Positions 17,904-26,453 of a DNA stretch of 64,000 nt are shown piece after piece. Positions within the stretch are counted from its first letter, which is position 1. Each line of letters starts with the position of its first letter. Both the position numbers and the translations under genes were made by a program. Origin of the DNA: Candidatus Poribacteria bacterium (GTDB lineage Bacteria > Poribacteria > WGA-4E > WGA-3G). The DNA is taken from NCBI GenBank assembly GCA_022827885.1, contig JAJEIP010000066.1, positions 142,292 to 206,291 on the forward strand, in the 5' to 3' direction. The notes under the pieces are model-generated. The model saw only the letters and a list, made by a program, of their open reading frames with translations, did not search any database and was not told the DNA's origin.

Positions 17904-18041
17904 ATGGCAACGAGAGGGGCTCGAACATATCTCACACCAGAGGAATACATTGCTTTAGAACGCAAGGCGATACCTGATTTTGAAACAGTCAGAAGTGAAT
18001 ACATCAAGGGCGAAATAATCCCAAGGCCCAGTTCTAATTAG
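17904..18041 (+). pseudogene. truncated Uma2-family endonuclease N-terminal remnant (45 codons)
   Basis: My translation is MATRGARTYLTPEEYIALERKAIPDFETVRSEYIKGEIIPRPSSN*. It parallels the N-terminus of the intact Uma2 gene at 23258-23836 (FTPEEYIASERKA..SEYLKGQII) and stops before the nuclease core. Confidence 0.6.
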
Positions 18042-18073
18042 AGACCTGGCACAACCAGAAAAGGAGCAAGAAC

Positions 18074-18376
18074 ATGGCAGCTGCTAAGATCCTTGAACAT
18101 GGCCAAATTACTATCCCTAAGCAAATCCGAGAGAGTTTAGGACTTAAGAAAGGCGATGTCGTGGACGCAAGACTTGAAGGTAATTGTGTTGTGATCACGC
18201 CCAGGAAATTAGCGACACCGGAAGAATGGGATAAACTTCTGCAAGTGATGAACACTGTCCACGAGCAAAATAGTGGGGTTAGCGAAGAAGAAGTCTATCA
18301 GGCTGTCCAACGCGCAGTTACTGAACTTCGACAGGAAGACTATGACAAACAGAAGAAAACTGCACGTCGTCTTTGA
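18074..18376 (+). CDS. AbrB/MazE/SpoVT-family antitoxin
   Basis: GQITIPKQIRESLGLKKGDVV swapped-hairpin motif. AAGGAG lies upstream. Overlaps the PIN gene. Confidence 0.8.
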   Translation: MAAAKILEHGQITIPKQIRESLGLKKGDVVDARLEGNCVVITPRKLATPEEWDKLLQVMNTVHEQNSGVSEEEVYQAVQRAVTELRQEDYDKQKKTARRL

Positions 18377-18791
18377 TAGCGTTGTTGCTGTGAGTGCATT
18401 TCTTACTGATGGGTTGGCAGCAGATGTGGTATCCCAATGCGAAGAAAACGCTATTCTTTACACATCGGAAGAAATTTTGTGGGAAATCCGCCGAGTGCTT
18501 TTGGAGAAACCGCATATACGGAATCGTTATCACTACTCCTCAGAACAAGTGGAAGTCTTTATCAATCATTTGAGAAATATCAGCACGGTAGTTGTGGAAC
18601 TGCCTGAAATTCGTGTCATGGAACGCGATCCTAAAGATGATATGATTATTGCTTGTGCTGTAGCAGCATCGGTTGATTATATCATAAGCCGAGATCGAGA
18701 TTTGTTAGATTTAGGTAGTTATCAGCAGATACAAATCATTGCTCCAAAAGAGTTGATGCAAATTCTGAGGTCAGAACAAGAACCACAATGA
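18342..18791 (+). CDS. PIN-domain toxin (TIGR00305-like)
   Basis: VVFDSVV (first acidic residue), RDPKDDMIIACAV and YIISRDRDLL motifs. The in-frame ATG at 18342 overlaps the antitoxin 3' end by 35 nt. Confidence 0.8.
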   Translation: MTNRRKLHVVFDSVVAVSAFLTDGLAADVVSQCEENAILYTSEEILWEIRRVLLEKPHIRNRYHYSSEQVEVFINHLRNISTVVVELPEIRVMERDPKDDMIIACAVAASVDYIISRDRDLLDLGSYQQIQIIAPKELMQILRSEQEPQ

Positions 18792-18865
18792 AAATTACCC
18801 TCGTTACAGGGAGCTTCCTGCTACATTGGGTCGGTAAACGCCCAATTAAATTTGATACCCTTGGT

Positions 18866-19117
18866 TTAAAAAATCCCGAAACCTAAAACGAGGCGGATAG
18901 CACCCAAGAAAATCGCTACACCACACAGAACGCACCCAGCAATGGCAAGTTCTTTCTTTGATGACACGATAAGCGCAAGGACGCTAAAAAGCAATCCAAA
19001 GACTGCAAACGGAATATTCAGGTAATTGAGTGCCCCAAGAAACGGAATAATCGCAACTGCCATCCCGAGAGTAGCGAGTATCCCCCATATTAAACTGAGA
19101 ATCGACAATAAGCCCAT
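18866..19117 (-). CDS. small membrane protein (3 predicted TM helices)
   Basis: 83 aa and almost entirely hydrophobic. Located 65 nt downstream of the DUF4097 gene on the same strand. Confidence 0.5.
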   Translation of the reverse strand: MGLLSILSLIWGILATLGMAVAIIPFLGALNYLNIPFAVFGLLFSVLALIVSSKKELAIAGCVLCGVAIFLGAIRLVLGFGIF

Positions 19118-19182
19118 AATTTATCTCCAAACTATAGCAGAATATACAATGATTTAGATGCCTGAAGGGGCGAGGTTGGATT

Positions 19183-20574
19183 TTATCCCTCTGCTTTCCT
19201 GAGTATGACGTTCCCACCGACGGAGAAAAGTTTCAAAAGTGAACCGCCACCGTTGATAGTGCCCCGCAACTGATCGAGGTTGACAGTCCCTGTCGTCTCT
19301 GCAGCGACCGGGAATTCTGTGGTGACTGAACCGCCAAGCACCCGTGCCTCGACCGTCGCAGCAATATCCGGGACGAGCGAAACATTGATACTCCCACCTA
19401 TTGTTTCCAGATCCAACAGCAAGTTTTGACTGGAAACCGCCTCTTCGAGCAGGCAGCGGATAGAACCACCACTCGTTTTCGCAAGGACGGGTCCATCGTT
19501 TTCTACCTCTATACTCCCGCCAGCAGTCTTCACATCTGCGCCGCCTTTACATCCGCGGAGCGTAACACTGCCACCAGAGGTTTCCCCGTTGACAGCACCC
19601 AGGACATCAATCATCTGGAGGTTGCCACCCGAGGTTTTGGCTTTGACATCGCCAGTGCCGCCGTCAAGCGTAATATTCCCACCACTCGTTCGAAAGGTCG
19701 CGGCACCCTCGAACGCTTTGAGGTCTATGTTTCCACCGGAAGTCGTTCCATCGATACGTCCGACGATATTTTGTAAACGGAGTCCTGCCCGGGCTGTGTG
19801 GACGCTCACATCTCCGATTATATCCACAACCGAAATTTCCGCATCCGCGGTCTTCAAATCAAGCCTGTAGTTTCGCGGAACGACGATTTCAAATTGGACA
19901 TCCAAACGTTTTTTCGCCTTTTTCCATTGCTGGACCCGACCCCTGAATTTCGCCTCAATTTTAACATCGACTGCTGCGTGTGTCATCTGGACATCAAAAT
20001 TCTTGAGGATTTCCCCAGCACGCCGATCTTCCTTCAACTGTGCAGCACGTCGAACGCGAACAGAAACATTATCGGCGTCTGCACTCTGCACGTCAATTGC
20101 CCCGAAATCAGCATCGATCGTTAGCTTTCCACCGGAGGCAACGGGGAACACTTCGACGATGTCTTCTAACGTCGTCTCGGTTAAGAAATCTGGGACGGCT
20201 TTGCGGATGAGGTCGCCGAAGGGTTTGTCTGACAACTCCTCTGTTAGATTTTCCATGAAACGTTTGCCGAAGAAACTGGAGAACCAGCCTTGGAAATCTG
20301 GAGTTGTGTCCAATTCTTCGTTGAGGTAGGCGGCGAGTTGGTGACACGCAATGCCAATGTGGCTAAAAGAAGCATCTGATTGCAGTTCCTCAAACAGTCC
20401 ATCGGGTATTGCGTTGATGTCTCTGAGACGTTTGAGGATGTTATTGAATTGGGAGATACACCGCGTTTCACCACCACTGAACGCTCCCGTTAACGCGGCA
20501 TCCTCTGCGATCTTTGCGGTGTGCTCCAACATGTGAAAAAGTGCTTTGATTTCCTGTGGTTTGTGTTGTTCCAT
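19183..20574 (-). CDS. DUF4097-type beta-helical protein (LiaG/YvlB-like), possible sigma-factor partner
   Basis: The C-terminal half has repeated TSGGNI/TSGGSV/TAGGSI units. The N-terminal roughly 130 aa look helical. AGGAGG lies upstream. Follows the ECF sigma gene by 34 nt. Confidence 0.7.
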   Translation of the reverse strand: MEQHKPQEIKALFHMLEHTAKIAEDAALTGAFSGGETRCISQFNNILKRLRDINAIPDGLFEELQSDASFSHIGIACHQLAAYLNEELDTTPDFQGWFSSFFGKRFMENLTEELSDKPFGDLIRKAVPDFLTETTLEDIVEVFPVASGGKLTIDADFGAIDVQSADADNVSVRVRRAAQLKEDRRAGEILKNFDVQMTHAAVDVKIEAKFRGRVQQWKKAKKRLDVQFEIVVPRNYRLDLKTADAEISVVDIIGDVSVHTARAGLRLQNIVGRIDGTTSGGNIDLKAFEGAATFRTSGGNITLDGGTGDVKAKTSGGNLQMIDVLGAVNGETSGGSVTLRGCKGGADVKTAGGSIEVENDGPVLAKTSGGSIRCLLEEAVSSQNLLLDLETIGGSINVSLVPDIAATVEARVLGGSVTTEFPVAAETTGTVNLDQLRGTINGGGSLLKLFSVGGNVILRKAEG

Positions 20575-20608
20575 AATTTTTAACTATCGCCTCCTGAGCA
20601 CCGCGCCA

Positions 20609-21223
20609 TTACATATCCGCACGGTAACCCTGTCTTTCCAAAATCGTTTTGAGGAGTTCCTTGGCTTTATGGAGTCGCCACTTCACGGTTGTCAGTGGCA
20701 CGGAGAGGAATTCAGCCATCCGTTTTTGGGGCATCTCTGCCCAATAATAGAGTTCAATAACTGCTTGGTAGTCCGTAGGGAGTTCCTGAATCGCGTCTCT
20801 GATTGCTTGCTGCGTCAATTCACGTTCCACAATCTGTGCGGGGTCCTCAGCCGATGTATCTGCCCCGCTGTTTAAATACGGTTCCATATCTTCCTGAGGT
20901 TGGTAACGTCCTGCACTCTTATAGTAGCGCAGGGCGCGGTTGCGGGTGATTGAATGAAGCCATGCCCCAAAACGGTTCAGGTCCGAGAGTTGTGGAAGTG
21001 CTTCAAAAGCCCTCAAAAACGCGTCTTGCACGACATCTTCTGCATCGGTAGGATTGCGCACGATCTGTTGCGCGATTGCCAGCATAGCTCGCCGGTAGCG
21101 GGTGATGAGGACGTCAAACGCCTGCGTATTCCCCGCAAGTGCAGCGACGACTAACTCGGCATCAGTCGCATCCATTAATTCTTGAGTCTGTGACACGGGT
21201 CCGCACGCTTCGCCTATCGGCAT
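20609..21223 (-). CDS. ECF-type RNA polymerase sigma factor
   Basis: Region 2 DAEDVVQDAFLRAF..FGAWLHSITRNRAL. Region 4 YQAVIELYYWAEMPQKRMAEFLSVPLTTVKWRLHKAKELL. Confidence 0.85.
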   Translation of the reverse strand: MPIGEACGPVSQTQELMDATDAELVVAALAGNTQAFDVLITRYRRAMLAIAQQIVRNPTDAEDVVQDAFLRAFEALPQLSDLNRFGAWLHSITRNRALRYYKSAGRYQPQEDMEPYLNSGADTSAEDPAQIVERELTQQAIRDAIQELPTDYQAVIELYYWAEMPQKRMAEFLSVPLTTVKWRLHKAKELLKTILERQGYRADM

Positions 21224-21384
21224 GAAAACTCTCCCTCTTTGCCTATTAGATACATGTGAGAAAAAAAGGATAGTGAAAAGTGCGTTTTTCCGTAAAACGG
21301 ACAGAACGAGAGGAAGCGAGAGCGGTTTTACCGCCTTTCCAAGACGTGGGGATGTCAGAGGTCCAGCGGTTCTGTTTCTGTATC

Positions 21385-21861
21385 CTACGAGGTGGGTCTA
21401 TAGAGCATCACCAAACAGCCACCGAGTGCAGCGAGAAGGATACCGGCAATAAACTGCCATCGGACTGCCCCCCAACCACCTGCCGGTGGATGTGAGAGTG
21501 TCGCAACAATGGCGTTTACGATGGGTGCCCCCGCAAAGACGATGGACATTACAACCGCAGGACGACCCCCTGCGCCGAAAGCGAGTAGCACGCCAAAGGC
21601 GCCAATAGCACCGACAAGTCCAGCGACAAACGACCACGAGACACCCGAACCTGTGAATTGCCAATTGGATCCGTTAAGGATGAGCATCAGCGCGGAACCG
21701 ATAACGGCTGCTAAAAGATACGCGAGGCCCACAAAGAGGAACGCTTTGTAGCGTCCATGCACGGGATCCGCCATAGAGACTTGTCCTTGATGTAGAAAAA
21801 CACCGTAAAGTCCCCAGGATGAGACAGTCATGAAAACAAAAATGAGCCATGTTTTAGCCAT
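21385..21861 (-). CDS. small multi-pass membrane protein (unknown family)
   Basis: MAKTWLIFVF... with about 5 hydrophobic segments. GAAGGAAG lies upstream of the ATG at 21861. Confidence 0.5.
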   Translation of the reverse strand: MAKTWLIFVFMTVSSWGLYGVFLHQGQVSMADPVHGRYKAFLFVGLAYLLAAVIGSALMLILNGSNWQFTGSGVSWSFVAGLVGAIGAFGVLLAFGAGGRPAVVMSIVFAGAPIVNAIVATLSHPPAGGWGAVRWQFIAGILLAALGGCLVMLYRPTS

Positions 21862-21924
21862 AATCCACTTCCTTCTTGATTGTTGTGGCAAGAGCACTTC
21901 CAAAGCGCGCCAGCAATTGAAACA

Positions 21925-23214
21925 TTAAGTATACTTTTCAAATACCTTCAAAAGTTGTTCTGCGATGATTGTATCGTTAAACTTCTGATGCACATTGGTT
22001 TTCCCGGTTTCGCCGAGGTGTTCACGCCGATCGGTATCCTTAAGGAGTTCGATGATACCTGCCGCGACGGCTTCGGAGGATTTAGGTTCAACGAGGATTC
22101 CGCCGTCAGTCGCATCGATCATCTCTGGAAACGCACCGTGCCGCGGTTGGATGACCGGCACGCCGTTGGCGAGCGACTCTATAATCGACAGTCCTTTGGA
22201 TTCGCGGTAAACGGTGGGAACGGAAAACACGTGTAGACGGTTGAGAAACTCGATTTTTTCCGTGCGCGTCACTTCACCGTGATGCACGAAACTGTCTGAC
22301 AAGCCCCATGCCTGAATCTGGTTCACGAGTTCTTCAAGATAGGGTTCATCTTTCTTACCGAGGTATCCAGCAACATGCAATTGGACGTTATCCGCCCCGA
22401 GGACCTCCGCTACCAGACGGAAAGCGTCCACTAAGACGTGTAACCCCTTTTCAGGACAGATGCGCGCTAAATAGCCAATAATAAAGGGCGGTGGTTCCGG
22501 TTTTTGGACAGCCACACCGTGACCGTCCATGTTTAATCCCAGTGGGACGACATCAATCTTATCAATAGGAACATCAAGGTAAGCATCTGCCATAAACCGG
22601 GCGTAGTAGTCACAAGGTGCCACGAAGCCATCTGGGTCTATTGCCCGTTCTCGCAGGAGGGTTAAGGCTTCTGATCTGTAAGGCTCGATCAGATCTTGCA
22701 GAAAAATATCTTCGCCTTGAAGGGCGCAGATAACCGGGACCTCTAACGCTTTTTTAATTTCTCTCGTGAAACCGACAAGCATGGAGTTGGTAAGATAAAC
22801 AATATCTGGTTTCTCCTCTTCGGTGAGCCATTTGACTAATTTCGCCAATTCTTTGCTTTGATGTCCCTGCTCTGCGCTGAGCATCGAAACTGTGAGTTGT
22901 CCAAGGTCTTGTGCCGCTGTCGAACTACTGAATCGCGACAACCCATTCAATAGCGTGGGATTGTCGAGGAGTTTGTCTAAGGCCCACGGCGTGTGTCTAA
23001 AAAAGGAGAGTTTCTGTTGTAGATAAACGTTAATCCCACCGAAAAAGACGCGGTTCAGACTCACGTTTGCTTCATCTGTTCGGGTCGGGGTATACGTTGG
23101 AATCAGTGAAACGTTATGTCCCTGTTTTTTCAGGACCGTGGCGACCATGTTGTCGTGGATACAGGTTCCGCAGTACATGCCAGCGGCGCCTGCGGTAATA
23201 TAAGCAACTTTCAT
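21925..23214 (-). CDS. glycosyltransferase family 4 (GT-B fold)
   Basis: C-terminal ESKGLSIIESLANGVPVIQPRHGAFPEMI matches the E-x7-E type GT4 signature. Confidence 0.8.
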   Translation of the reverse strand: MKVAYITAGAAGMYCGTCIHDNMVATVLKKQGHNVSLIPTYTPTRTDEANVSLNRVFFGGINVYLQQKLSFFRHTPWALDKLLDNPTLLNGLSRFSSSTAAQDLGQLTVSMLSAEQGHQSKELAKLVKWLTEEEKPDIVYLTNSMLVGFTREIKKALEVPVICALQGEDIFLQDLIEPYRSEALTLLRERAIDPDGFVAPCDYYARFMADAYLDVPIDKIDVVPLGLNMDGHGVAVQKPEPPPFIIGYLARICPEKGLHVLVDAFRLVAEVLGADNVQLHVAGYLGKKDEPYLEELVNQIQAWGLSDSFVHHGEVTRTEKIEFLNRLHVFSVPTVYRESKGLSIIESLANGVPVIQPRHGAFPEMIDATDGGILVEPKSSEAVAAGIIELLKDTDRREHLGETGKTNVHQKFNDTIIAEQLLKVFEKYT

Positions 23215-23257
23215 GTTTTCTGTTTTAATGCTAAACGTTTAGGGATGATCTATGAAA

Positions 23258-23836
23258 TTATGAAATGACTGCAGGAACGCGTCTATAGATGTCCTGCAAG
23301 CGGAGCTCGCAGCCTATGGAAACCAGCGGCAACACATCTTCATATCTCCGATATTCTGTCTCCACCCATTGTGTTTTCAGAAGCCGATACTGTTCAACGC
23401 GAACCCTGTCCTGTGAAACGAGGATGTATTCTCGCAAAGACGCGAGTTCTTGATAGTGTGAAAACTTCTCGCCTCTGTCATACACCTCGGTTGACGACGA
23501 AAGCACCTCTATAACGAGGATCGGGTTGAGAAGTGTGTCGAAGACATTATCCTCAAATTGCGGATCCCCACAGAAAGCAACGACATCCGGGTAAAAATAG
23601 GCACCTTTCGCACCAGTCTTCACGCGCATATCGTTGGTGATAACCTCGCAATCCCCACCTCTCAGTTGGATGTTAAGTTCAGTAGCTATATCCAGTGTGA
23701 TGCGCGTATGTGCGAGACTGGCCCCGGACATCGCTATTATCTGACCCTTAAGGTATTCGCTTTTAACCATCGCCTTCCGTTCCGAAGCGATGTATTCCTC
23801 AGGTGTAAAGAGGGTTTCTGCTGCGAGGGATGACAT
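23258..23836 (-). CDS. Uma2-family (DUF820) PD-(D/E)XK endonuclease
   Basis: FTPEEYIASERKA..SEYLKGQIIAMSGAS..H..I, a later PDV..F and EVLS motifs. AAGGAG lies 7 nt before the ATG at 23836. Confidence 0.8.
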   Translation of the reverse strand: MSSLAAETLFTPEEYIASERKAMVKSEYLKGQIIAMSGASLAHTRITLDIATELNIQLRGGDCEVITNDMRVKTGAKGAYFYPDVVAFCGDPQFEDNVFDTLLNPILVIEVLSSSTEVYDRGEKFSHYQELASLREYILVSQDRVRVEQYRLLKTQWVETEYRRYEDVLPLVSIGCELRLQDIYRRVPAVIS

Positions 23837-23939
23837 ATCTATCTCCTTGAATGGCACGCGTCTACAAGTGCTGTTATCTAATTATAGCATATCACCCGTC
23901 GTATGGCAAGAGAATACCTGCGACTGGCGATAAAGAAAT

Positions 23940-23968
23940 TTGCATTTCCGCTGCAATTGTGGTATCAT
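23940..23968 (+). promoter_or_regulatory. sigma70-type promoter (TTGCAT-17 nt-TATCAT) for rpmB
   Basis: Hexamers and spacing read directly. TG occurs 2 nt upstream of the -10. Confidence 0.5.
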
Positions 23969-24022
23969 TAATGTTTAGGTTTTACCAACACTTTAGAGAG
24001 AAAGAAGGAAGGAGACAGCACA

Positions 24023-24235
24023 ATGTCACGAGTCTGTACGATCTGTAGCAAACGTCCGATGACGGGTAACCAGATTAGTAAATCCCGGCGGCATACAAAA
24101 CGACGTTGGTTGCCAAATCTGCAACGGGTCCGGGTTCAAACTGCGGAAGGACCGAGGCGGATACGTGTTTGCACGAAATGTCTACGAAGCGGAAAAGTCG
24201 ATAAAGTTATTTCCAGAATGCCAGCACCGGTATAG
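24023..24235 (+). CDS. rpmB: 50S ribosomal protein L28
   Basis: MSRVCTICSKRPMTGNQISKSRRHTKRRWLPNLQ is the canonical L28 N-terminus. Confidence 0.95.
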   Translation: MSRVCTICSKRPMTGNQISKSRRHTKRRWLPNLQRVRVQTAEGPRRIRVCTKCLRSGKVDKVISRMPAPV

Positions 24236-24248
24236 AAGATAATAGAGT

Positions 24249-26453
24249 TTACGACTCACGGGTGACACGCTGGACCCCTTTTAAGCCCCGAATCGCTTGC
24301 AGGACTTCATCGAGCTGCTCCGCCCCTGTCACGTCTATCGTCAGGTTATCAGAGGCTTCGGCATCATGGTGGACAGCGGAGGGTTCAAACTTCCCAGAAC
24401 GGATGTTCACTTTGTATTGTGCGATGGCAGTTGTGATTTCCCCGAGCATACCCGGGCGGTCGTTACACTCAACGAGAATTTTGACGGGATAGATAGGTGG
24501 TGGGTTTCCGTTTCCGGAGGATGGCTTTTCGTTCCACTGGACAGTTAAGAGGCGTTCGGGTTCGTCAAGAATGCGGATACAGCCGGATCTATGGACAGAA
24601 ACCCCGCGTCCGCGTGTGAGATACCCGACAACTTGGTCACCAGGGATCGGGTTACAGCACTTCATAATTCGTATCATCCCTAAGTCTATATCGTTTTCAA
24701 GTTGGACAGCCGGCGGTGATTCGGGTTTTCGCCTTCCGTTCATATCCTCAGGAGACTCGGTCTCCGGTTTCGGCACCTCAGGTTTCAATAAATTAACAAC
24801 TTGCGTCGCAGATTCATCCGCATTCCCAATCCGAACGAAAAGTTCATCAAGATTTTTGAGTTTGAGTTGCTTCGCAATGTCGTGCAGCTTCTCGGAATTG
24901 AGGTAATTCCGGGAATTAAGATAGGAGACCCGCAACTCCGCTGCGAGCAATTTCTTGCCCAACTCCAATGCCTCAGCCCTATCCTTTTCACGAAACCATT
25001 GGTTGATTTTCGTTCGTGCCGTGGCGGTTTTCACATACGACAACCAACTCCGACTCGGTCTCCCATTCGGCTGGGTCCGAATATTGACCTGGTCCCCATT
25101 CTCAAGCACGCGTCGAATCGGTGCAACCGTGCCGTTGACTTCCGCACCGACACAGGTGTGCCCAACATCCGTATGAATTTTATAGGCAAAATCGATCGCC
25201 GTCGCGCCAGCGGGTAGCTTAAAAAGATCGCCTTTCGGCGAGAAGACATAGACTTCATCTTGGAAGAGTTCCAATTTCATGGATTCCACGAAATGATGTG
25301 GACTGTCTTGTGTTTCTTGTATGTCTTCAAGTATCTGCTTATAACTCGCGAAGATGGAACGTCCTTGTTGGCTCGTCGGCAACCCTTCCTTATAACTCCA
25401 ATGCGCAGCAATGCCATCCTCCGCAATCTTATGCATCTGATAGGTGCGAATCTGGATCTCAACGGGTTTGCCATCATCAAGAATCGTGGTATGGAGCGAC
25501 TGATACCCGTTTTTCTTCGGCTGCCCAATCCAATCTCGAAGTCGGTCCGGATGGTAATTCCATTTACTATGAAGTGCGCCGAGCGCGATGTAGCAATCCG
25601 CCTCGGTTTTGACGAGAATTCGAAGACCGACGAGGTCCCGAATTTCACTGAACGGGGTCCCTTTCTGTTGTATCTTCTGGTAGATGCTATGGATATGCTT
25701 CGTCCTACCATGGACATCGGCGAAAACATTCCGTTTTTCGAGTTCTTCGCGAATCTGCTTAACCATCTTCTCGCAGTAGTCCTCTCGCTCCGTGAGTTTC
25801 TGATTGAGAAGGTCGGCGATTTTTCGGTATTCAATGGGGTAGAGATGCTTGAAAGCGAGGTCTTCAAGGCGTCCCATAATACGCCAAAGCCCCAACCGGT
25901 GGGCGATCGGGGCATAAATTTCTAATGTTTCTTTTGCGACTCTCTGGCACTTCTCGCTCGAGAGAAACCCCAGCGTTTCCATGTTATGAAGTCGATCCGC
26001 GAGTTTAATGAGGATGACCCGCATGTCTTCTGCGGTCGCTAATAGGAGTTTCCGGTAGGTCTCGGCTTGGCGTTTCCGATGGACCCGGTGTTCAACTGTG
26101 CTTTTAGTCTTCGGAGTTTGGGAGACGATACCGAGTTTATATTGACCGATCTTTGTGACACCCTCGACGAGATTGGTAATGTTCGCACCAAATTGAACCT
26201 TCATCTCTTGGCGCGTGATATCTGTATCTTCGAGGACATCGTGCATGAGTCCAGCGCAAATCGTGTGCGTATCCAGTCGGAGTTCGGCGAGTATCTCAGC
26301 GGTTTTGACGCAATGCGTGAAATAGGGTTCCCCGGATTTTCGCTGTTGTCCCTCATGCGCCTCTTGCGCAAAACGGTAACAACGCTCCAGAAGTTCAACC
26401 TCCGCATCCGGGTTATATGCTTGAATTTGGTTCACTAAGGATTTGATACTCAT
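24249..26453 (-). CDS. relA: bifunctional (p)ppGpp synthetase/hydrolase RelA/SpoT family
   Basis: 734 aa with an HD domain (HDVLEDT), a synthetase core, a TGS region and a C-terminal ACT-like domain. Confidence 0.95.
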   Translation of the reverse strand: MSIKSLVNQIQAYNPDAEVELLERCYRFAQEAHEGQQRKSGEPYFTHCVKTAEILAELRLDTHTICAGLMHDVLEDTDITRQEMKVQFGANITNLVEGVTKIGQYKLGIVSQTPKTKSTVEHRVHRKRQAETYRKLLLATAEDMRVILIKLADRLHNMETLGFLSSEKCQRVAKETLEIYAPIAHRLGLWRIMGRLEDLAFKHLYPIEYRKIADLLNQKLTEREDYCEKMVKQIREELEKRNVFADVHGRTKHIHSIYQKIQQKGTPFSEIRDLVGLRILVKTEADCYIALGALHSKWNYHPDRLRDWIGQPKKNGYQSLHTTILDDGKPVEIQIRTYQMHKIAEDGIAAHWSYKEGLPTSQQGRSIFASYKQILEDIQETQDSPHHFVESMKLELFQDEVYVFSPKGDLFKLPAGATAIDFAYKIHTDVGHTCVGAEVNGTVAPIRRVLENGDQVNIRTQPNGRPSRSWLSYVKTATARTKINQWFREKDRAEALELGKKLLAAELRVSYLNSRNYLNSEKLHDIAKQLKLKNLDELFVRIGNADESATQVVNLLKPEVPKPETESPEDMNGRRKPESPPAVQLENDIDLGMIRIMKCCNPIPGDQVVGYLTRGRGVSVHRSGCIRILDEPERLLTVQWNEKPSSGNGNPPPIYPVKILVECNDRPGMLGEITTAIAQYKVNIRSGKFEPSAVHHDAEASDNLTIDVTGAEQLDEVLQAIRGLKGVQRVTRES

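Noticed and set aside
25260-25925. Two approximately 215 aa ORFs (plus strand 25260..25925 and minus strand 25277..25915) inside relA.
   Set aside because: Both are alternative frames of the RelA/SpoT gene region. The annotated minus-strand frame carries the synthetase and TGS motifs.
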